Assembly (NCBI GenBank): GCA_046582655.1 | Contig: JAYGDX010000093.1 | Span: forward strand, 1 to 11,465 | Length of the DNA: 11,465 nucleotides | DNA from: Candidatus Poribacteria bacterium | GTDB lineage: Bacteria > Poribacteria > WGA-4E > UBA9662 | Reading direction: 5' to 3' | In this document: positions 6,100 through 11,465 of the stretch, piece by piece | How the letters are laid out: the number at the start of each line of letters is the position of its first letter | Position numbering within the stretch: the first letter of the stretch is position 1 | Program-made: the position numbers and the translations under genes | The notes under the pieces: model-generated | Told to the model about the DNA's origin: nothing | Database searches by the model: none | The model's input: the letters and a program-made list of their open reading frames with translations, nothing else

Positions 6100-7602
6100 A
6101 TGGTTAAACTCAAAAATGTAAACACAACCGATATTGGTGAGGCAATTCGTCTGGGTTGCCAGACGATGTGCAGCGTCTTCAATGCGGATGACAATGACAT
6201 TCCCTTTTTCGGATCGCAGGTGCAGCCGGAGGCAGCGCTTCGTTTCAGTGCTTACCATTCGGAGGCTCATGTTCCGGGTCGGCATCTCAATGCGCTACTA
6301 AACGCTGAAGACGCCATCGGCATCGAATTGGAGGAGGATGGCGTGGAAAAGCACGCTCGTGCGGCCTTCCTCTCCTATAGTGGCCCTGTCCCATTGCCCC
6401 TCAACCGAGAGACAATTGACGGTCACCTGGTCAATTTCATCCCACACAATGTTCGCGAAGGGTTTCATGCGCTCTATTCACTGGTCAAATACCGCCACCT
6501 AAGAAAGGCCCGTGACCTCGCTGAGGCCAGTATCTGCACCATCTTTGCATACTGGGACGCGACTCGCGGTTGGAATCGCCAACGCCTTTCCCAAGAACAT
6601 GGATTGAAGCTACCGGGCCCAGACAGCCCCTTCACCGAAGGCGGAACCTTTATAACTGCCCTGGCCCGCGCGATTGGTCCACTGGTGAAGTACTATCGAG
6701 CTGCCAGATATGCTCCTGCTCTGGATTTGGCCATCGTCCTGAAGGAGAAGGCCATTGATGGATATTTTACCCAAGACGGTCAATACAATCGTGAGGAACT
6801 GGGTGCACATACCCATTCAACCACCTGTGTCATGTCATCTCTGGCTCAGCTAGCGGATTTGACCGTGGACTCCCATCTGATGAATCGGGTGAAAGCGTTC
6901 TATGATAACGGGCTGTGGGAAATTCGCGATGCCTTGGGCTGGGTGATCGAATCCAGCCACGAGGATGCATCCCCCGACCGGGGCGAAGTGAATAACACCG
7001 GAGATATCCTGGAAACAGCGTTAATTTTGGGTCGCTGGGGTTACGTCGAGTACTACGAAGACGCTGAGCGCATTCTGCGTGGACACTTACTGCCGTCTCA
7101 ATTACGTGATACCTCCTTTATCCAAGACCCCCCAAACCCTGATGGCATTGACGGCAGACGAAATGTTGCTGCCAGGCATCTTGGTGCATTTGGTTTTCCG
7201 GCACCCTATGGCCATCATCCCCTTGAAAGTGCTCAGGTGAGTTTCAACATGGACATCGTCGGTGGCACAGTTGGTTCCTTGTGTGAGGCATATCGTGCTG
7301 TTGCGCGGCTTGATGAAGCGGGACACTGGGTCAACCTACTATTTGACCATGAAACAGACGCCATTCAGGTCAAGTCTCCGTATACCATGCCGACCTTGAG
7401 CATCAGGGTCAAACAGGCTGCGCCTCTGTTCGTCCGTATACCGTCTTGGGTAAAGCCAGAAAGCATTAAGCTGCAGGGAACCAGCGAGTCACTACGCCTC
7501 ACAAATGGTTATCTGTTCATCGCGCAACCACCCATCAATCGCGTTTTGACCATTGATTTTCCGTTGCCTGAACAGGAAATCGTCCTGAAGCACCGTACGT
7601 GA
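6100..7602 (+). CDS. GH127/DUF1680-like (alpha/alpha)6-barrel protein, probably truncated by a late nonsense codon (frame open to 7701)
   Basis: 500-aa ORF with RBS AAGGAG at 6087-6092. Helical N-terminal part with Y.EDAERILRGHL, followed by the beta-domain motifs WVNLLF...VKSPY...LFVRIPSW...NGYLFI...IDFPL typical of GH127-like proteins. Confidence 0.7.
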   Translation: MVKLKNVNTTDIGEAIRLGCQTMCSVFNADDNDIPFFGSQVQPEAALRFSAYHSEAHVPGRHLNALLNAEDAIGIELEEDGVEKHARAAFLSYSGPVPLPLNRETIDGHLVNFIPHNVREGFHALYSLVKYRHLRKARDLAEASICTIFAYWDATRGWNRQRLSQEHGLKLPGPDSPFTEGGTFITALARAIGPLVKYYRAARYAPALDLAIVLKEKAIDGYFTQDGQYNREELGAHTHSTTCVMSSLAQLADLTVDSHLMNRVKAFYDNGLWEIRDALGWVIESSHEDASPDRGEVNNTGDILETALILGRWGYVEYYEDAERILRGHLLPSQLRDTSFIQDPPNPDGIDGRRNVAARHLGAFGFPAPYGHHPLESAQVSFNMDIVGGTVGSLCEAYRAVARLDEAGHWVNLLFDHETDAIQVKSPYTMPTLSIRVKQAAPLFVRIPSWVKPESIKLQGTSESLRLTNGYLFIAQPPINRVLTIDFPLPEQEIVLKHRT

Positions 7603-7924
7603 GAGATCTATGCCCGCCTGCGGGGCGACGAGGTCATGGCCATGGAAAACTTTGGGGCTCCTCTCACCTTTTTCCCTCAATACCAGATACAGACTCTGTA
7701 GTTGGCAGAATCTGAGGTTCTGTTATTTTCCGGGCAAGGGGTAAAATGATGCTAGTTGTCAAGAGTGGAGCAGGGTTAGCACCTCAATAGTGTCAAATAG
7801 CGTTGTCTGAAATCGTCGAGTTACCGCTGGCGCAACTTATACTTTTGAATGCACCAGCCCGGGTTCGAGGGGCCCCGACTCCTGTTGCACAACACCCCGT
7901 CGACTATCTTGACGTGCCACATGA

Positions 7925-8375
7925 AAACTATATTCGCCCGCCTGATCAAAGTCCTGATACTCCAACTGATAGTGACTGCTGTTATCTCTCACCTTGATCA
8001 TTTTTAGTTCTACCAACTTTACCTGTCGCTCAATTTGTTGCCAGTTCAAGTCGGCTTGATGAGGGTCAAAACCGGGCTGGATAATCTCCGCCGTTACTTG
8101 CTCTATTTGGCTACCCACTACTTCCACTTCCAGGCTACGACTCTTTACCCCTGCCTCGAATTGTGACCGCTGCTATTTGCTGCCCAAGGCCGGCGGCAGT
8201 GACAGACTGGAAATATCGGTCGAGATGCGTCGTTCGCCTAGGGCACGTAAGTCCAGCAACTCGTTGGCAATCCCGTTGCCATTGACGTCAATGGCAACGG
8301 GATTGGGATTCATGTGCTCGCATTCGTTCCATCTTGTCTTTGGTCTGGCTGAAGGGCCGATGTTTAGATTCTTTT
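7925..8375 (-). pseudogene. Internal fragment of a second, diverged paralog of the 3479-4625 gene
   Basis: FSQTKDKMERMRAHESQ/IDVNGNGIAN aligns with FEQTQKQMKEMATHQAQNPQIDVNGNAIAT. VEVVGSQIEQVTAEIIQPGFD...YQLEYQDFDQAGEY aligns with VELVGSNLDQVFVEIIPPSFD...YQLQYDGFDQVGEY. Contains frameshifts and a stop; boundaries are approximate. Confidence 0.85.
8268..8305. repeat. Perfect 38-bp palindrome with no spacer
   Basis: CAATCCCGTTGCCATTGAC|GTCAATGGCAACGGGATTG. Confidence 0.98.
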
Positions 8376-8458
8376 TTTGGCCACCACCAAGATTACTCAC
8401 TCTTCCCTCCTTTGTCTAGCTTTTATACACCAAAGCCCTTCGAACCCATACTATTTTC

Positions 8459-8487
8459 TTGGCGCAGAATGCAAATCATGCTAGAAT
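8459..8487 (+). promoter_or_regulatory. Candidate sigma70 promoter for the UxuA-like/VOC/cupin cluster
   Basis: TTGGCG, 17 nt, TAGAAT with an extended -10 TG at 8479-8480; about 60 nt upstream of the proposed start. Confidence 0.45.
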
Positions 8488-8549
8488 AGTTAATGTTAGG
8501 TAAGCATCCGAAAGGTGCCTACGGGGAAGGTCGCAAAGGAGGATCAACC

Positions 8550-9350
8550 TTGAGAATCGCAATACATGCAGGCGGTAATGTCGACCAGATTGTCGAGCGG
8601 TGTCGAGAGGCAGCTGTCGATGAGATATTTCTCGATGCTGCTTCCGTACCGGGTTTTGCTGCACGAGGCCATTTGACGCCCGAAGATTTCCAGCCGTTCC
8701 GAGAGATATTGGCAGAGCGGAATATTCTGGTGTCCGGGATGATAATACCTAAGCCTTCCCGAGAGGCCGTGTTGGGCCAGGATGAGAAAGGATGCGCTAA
8801 TATCTGTCAAACCCTGCGTGCCACGGGGCAATCCGGCATCGACACCGCGCTGTTCTATCCCCTCGACAGCTTCCTCCACTTTCACGAATACCACCCTGGC
8901 CGACCATTGATAATTATGCCGGGCGAAGATGGCTGGAACGCTGTCATCGAATTTTTCAGGCAGGTGGTTGGCGTTACCGACGAGGTGGACCTGAAATTGG
9001 CCAATCATCTTTGGGCGGTTGATGTCGTCCACGCCATATGGGAAGCGGTGGACAGCCCCAACAACGGGGTCACATACTGCCAGGGAATGTCCCTCATCGG
9101 CGAAGATCCCCATACCCCCATCGATACGTGGAGCATTGAGCGGATTTTCTTTGCTCATGCTCGCAATCAAGTCAGGCGTGGCCCCTGCCTGATGGACCAC
9201 GACGAAGTCCCATTGGATCGCGGCGACGTGGATATGGCTCGATGCGTGCAAGCTCTGACTGCGGCTAAGTATGATGGGCTAATCGCCCCGGAACACCTCG
9301 GCCCGCAAAGTATGGCCGATGCTACTGCCTATCTGCGGAAACTGATATAG
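8550..9350 (+). CDS. Xylose-isomerase-like TIM barrel protein, mannonate dehydratase (UxuA)-like
   Basis: Motifs LKLANH, VDSPNNGVTYCQG, RIFFAHARN and EVPLDRGDVDM...YDGLIAPEH. Start set at TTG 8550 after AGGAGG (8538-8543); the ORF track starts at 8493. Too divergent to name uxuA. Confidence 0.8.
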   Translation: MRIAIHAGGNVDQIVERCREAAVDEIFLDAASVPGFAARGHLTPEDFQPFREILAERNILVSGMIIPKPSREAVLGQDEKGCANICQTLRATGQSGIDTALFYPLDSFLHFHEYHPGRPLIIMPGEDGWNAVIEFFRQVVGVTDEVDLKLANHLWAVDVVHAIWEAVDSPNNGVTYCQGMSLIGEDPHTPIDTWSIERIFFAHARNQVRRGPCLMDHDEVPLDRGDVDMARCVQALTAAKYDGLIAPEHLGPQSMADATAYLRKLI

Positions 9351-9457
9351 GCCACTTGGCATGTATCTGAAAACTCCGACCGGGACATCAGTGGATTTCG
9401 TGGGCGGCACTACAATGCTCGAATCATGGCGAAAGGACAGCCACGGCTGGTGAGAAG

Positions 9458-9646
9458 ATGAGAGTAAGCGCTATCGGCGCCGGGATGATCGCCAACGCGG
9501 GGCACATTCCCCCGAGTATGTCGAGGTGGCGGGGGTATCTAACCGCACCAGAGAAAAGGCACAGTTGGCTGCCGAGCACGTTTTCCGGCACCTGAGCTCA
9601 TTGTAGTAGCGGGTGCGAGGCATTATATTTACCGGCTGCGAGCATG
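9458..9646 (+). pseudogene. Remnant of a Gfo/Idh/MocA oxidoreductase N-terminus
   Basis: MRVSAIGAGMIANAGHIP (Rossmann GxG + HIP), then frameshifted VEVAGVSNRTREKAQLAAE, then PELIVVA. The rest of the gene is missing. Confidence 0.75.
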
Positions 9647-9676
9647 AATTCCCATTTAGCAACAAGGAGCAATTCA

Positions 9677-10048
9677 ATGGCACATAAGATTCATAAAATA
9701 GCGATCATCAGCGACGATATCGAAGGAGCAGTGGAGTTTTACACGAAGAAGCTAGGCTTAACCGTGATGGAGCGTTTTGCCAATGAGGACGACGAGGATT
9801 ATGTGTTTCTAGATACTGGTGGCATCCTACTCGAACTCATGCCGCAAAAGACCATGGGTCAGGCGCCCGGTTTCCACCACATCTCCTTCGATGTCGACAG
9901 CGTTGAAGATAGCGCTCAGGATCTGAAGAACAAGGGAGTTACTATCACCAAGGAGCCTTTCGACGTTGGCGGGGGGACGGGTATCACCCTGAGCTTCTTC
10001 GAAGGCCCGAATCAGCTGAATCTTCAACTTTTCCACCGCGAGAAATGA
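9677..10048 (+). CDS. VOC/glyoxalase family protein (methylmalonyl-CoA epimerase-like fold)
   Basis: Motifs IHKIAIISDDIEGAVEFYTKKLGL, LLELM, GFHHISFDVDSVE and FFEGPN. RBS AAGGAG at 9664-9669 supports ATG 9677. Confidence 0.92.
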   Translation: MAHKIHKIAIISDDIEGAVEFYTKKLGLTVMERFANEDDEDYVFLDTGGILLELMPQKTMGQAPGFHHISFDVDSVEDSAQDLKNKGVTITKEPFDVGGGTGITLSFFEGPNQLNLQLFHREK

Positions 10049-10055
10049 GGTCGCC

Positions 10056-10874
10056 ATGCGTATAGTAAATGCCAAGCGCGAGGAGATGGAGGTGTTATCA
10101 GACGTCCACGCTGGCGCAGGCCAGATTCTCTTCAACAGTCTTTGGGGTCGGGCCGATTTCGAAACACCTTTCGCTTTCGTCCATTGCGCAATCCTACTGC
10201 CGGGTGGAGGGATCGGTTATCATCGCCACGATGACAGTGAGGAGATCTTCATCGCTGTCGACAACGCTTCACAGTTTACCCACAACGGGCGGACGGCGAT
10301 CGTCGAGGGCGGTGCCACGGTGCCTCTACGCTCGGGCGAGGAGCACGCCATATACAACCACACTGACAGGGAGACGCGCTGGTTTAACGTTCACTGTGTG
10401 GTGTCCGGCGGCGAGCCAAAGTCGACCGATCTAGGCGACGACCGGGTTGGCGCTGAACTTGAGTCGACCGACCGTTTGCCGGTGGGACGGCTTGACCGGA
10501 GCAAGCTCAAATATGCCCAATCGCATGGCGGCAAGGGTGAGGTCGGTAGCCGGATGATATGGGGACCGGAGGATTTTCGCTCCAATTTCGGCTTTTTAGC
10601 CCACTGTCTCATACCACCCGACGCTTCGATTGGCTACCACAGCCACGAGGGTGTGGAGGAAGTCTATATCATTATCGAGGGCAAAGGACGGATGATGGTG
10701 GACGACGAGACGCAACAAGTTTCGCAGTGGGACACGGTCCCCAGTCGGTTGGGGGGCAGCCACGGCCTCTTTAATGATACGCCAGAAGGTCTCGAACTGT
10801 TGGTCGTCGCCGTCTGCGCCGATAAAGGGCAGTTCGATGCTACGGATCTCGGGGACGACTTGAGCCAACGTTAG
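10056..10874 (+). CDS. Bicupin (two tandem cupin_2 domains)
   Basis: Repeated halves: IGYHRHDDSEEIF...EHAIYN...TDLGDD and IGYHSHEGVEEVY...SHGLFN...TDLGDD. Starts 7 nt after the VOC stop. Confidence 0.92.
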   Translation: MRIVNAKREEMEVLSDVHAGAGQILFNSLWGRADFETPFAFVHCAILLPGGGIGYHRHDDSEEIFIAVDNASQFTHNGRTAIVEGGATVPLRSGEEHAIYNHTDRETRWFNVHCVVSGGEPKSTDLGDDRVGAELESTDRLPVGRLDRSKLKYAQSHGGKGEVGSRMIWGPEDFRSNFGFLAHCLIPPDASIGYHSHEGVEEVYIIIEGKGRMMVDDETQQVSQWDTVPSRLGGSHGLFNDTPEGLELLVVAVCADKGQFDATDLGDDLSQR

Positions 10875-10919
10875 TTAATCGACAGAAAGTATTTACACTG
10901 GCATCGGTGAAAATCACTT

Positions 10920-11442
10920 TTATAGGTCACGCTTCGTTTTGTCCTTGCCACCTGTTTCGTCCCAGGTGGCATCATGATGACCAATCTCGTTTTCCCATGG
11001 ATACCGCTTACTGACCAACCCCCCACAGGCCACGTATTTCTACTCCACTTCCACCGGTAGACGTTTGTTCGCCCATTTGGCGTAAGCGGTGGTATCATTC
11101 CAACTAACACCCACCACTGGATAGTCATCAGTGGGCGGATATTGTGGCACCCAAGAGCTGCTTGTATCGACTCACCGACACCTCGTAGGTGTCCATGTAA
11201 AAAGCATCTAGTTCTACTGTATGCGTAGGTAAATCATTTTCCATATTGTCCAAGTGATCGCCCATTGCAAAACTACCTGCTGGAATCAATACCATTTTAG
11301 ATCCATCTTTCTCCCATGTTTTCCAGTTGGCCCCGGCATCCCCTTCAACAACAACCTTCGGCCTCTCTTCCTCTTTGGTGACTTCATTACCACATCCGGC
11401 TAACACCAACAAGGCCAGAAACATCCAGCTAAGTTGTCGCAT
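10920..11442 (-). pseudogene. FGE-sulfatase (SUMF1/EgtB/PvdO family) lipoprotein pseudogene
   Basis: GGAGG RBS before ATG 11442; lipobox LAGC; MVLIPAGSFAMGD...HTVELDAFYMDTYEV. Frameshift/deletion near 11140, then [40 protein letters not shown] (canonical RLPTEAEWEYAARGG; TAG at 11040-11042). The C-terminal half is absent. Confidence 0.9.
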
Positions 11443-11465
11443 CAATACTTCCTCCAAAGTTGTTC

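Noticed and set aside
3719..7602. TGA recoding (genetic code 4/25 or selenocysteine)
   Set aside because: Intact genes end in TGA (467-469, 10046-10048), Trp is TGG elsewhere, the same pseudogenes also carry TAA/TAG stops and frameshifts, and the expected residues are W and R rather than C.
7937..7946. Extra CCCGCCTGAT match to the repeat motif
   Set aside because: It lies in the DQAG codons of the paralog remnant and has no core or flank similarity.
8544..9251. 235-aa minus-strand ORF and other antisense or overlapping ORFs in the track
   Set aside because: These are shadow frames of well-supported genes on the other strand or in another frame, with no recognisable motifs.
10920..11442. 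DGR target gene (FGE-type CLec fold)
   Set aside because: The C-terminal variable region is deleted, and there is no template repeat with adenine-specific mismatches and no reverse transcriptase in the window.

Overview
Accessory, partly decaying region, probably from a Ca. Poribacteria-like bacterium. The basis for that is a LamG protein with a 'GKMTTVWAKLK' tail, a dockerin-like + 'NYPNPFNPETxIPF' C-terminal module and an FGE-sulfatase lipoprotein; the taxon is an inference. Left part (1-4625, minus strand): three single genes for exported proteins (LamG-like, CotH-like and a peptidase C13-like pseudogene). They are separated by copies of a non-coding repeat family built around a 23-bp quasi-dyad core. 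The leftmost copy is the 3' end of a tRNA (T-loop + acceptor strand, tRNA-Glu-like) followed by a terminator. This looks like a stack of att-like sites delimiting one-gene cassettes at the distal end of a tRNA-targeted island, and is the best candidate for an undescribed system. No integrase or full tRNA lies in the window. Right part (5000-10874, plus strand): TauD-family dioxygenase, GH127-like protein with a late nonsense codon, UxuA-like TIM barrel, VOC protein and bicupin. Several gene remnants are interspersed (WD40, a second C13-like copy containing a perfect 38-bp palindrome, Gfo/Idh/MocA, FGE-sulfatase). All family calls come from motif recognition by eye; no database searches were run.
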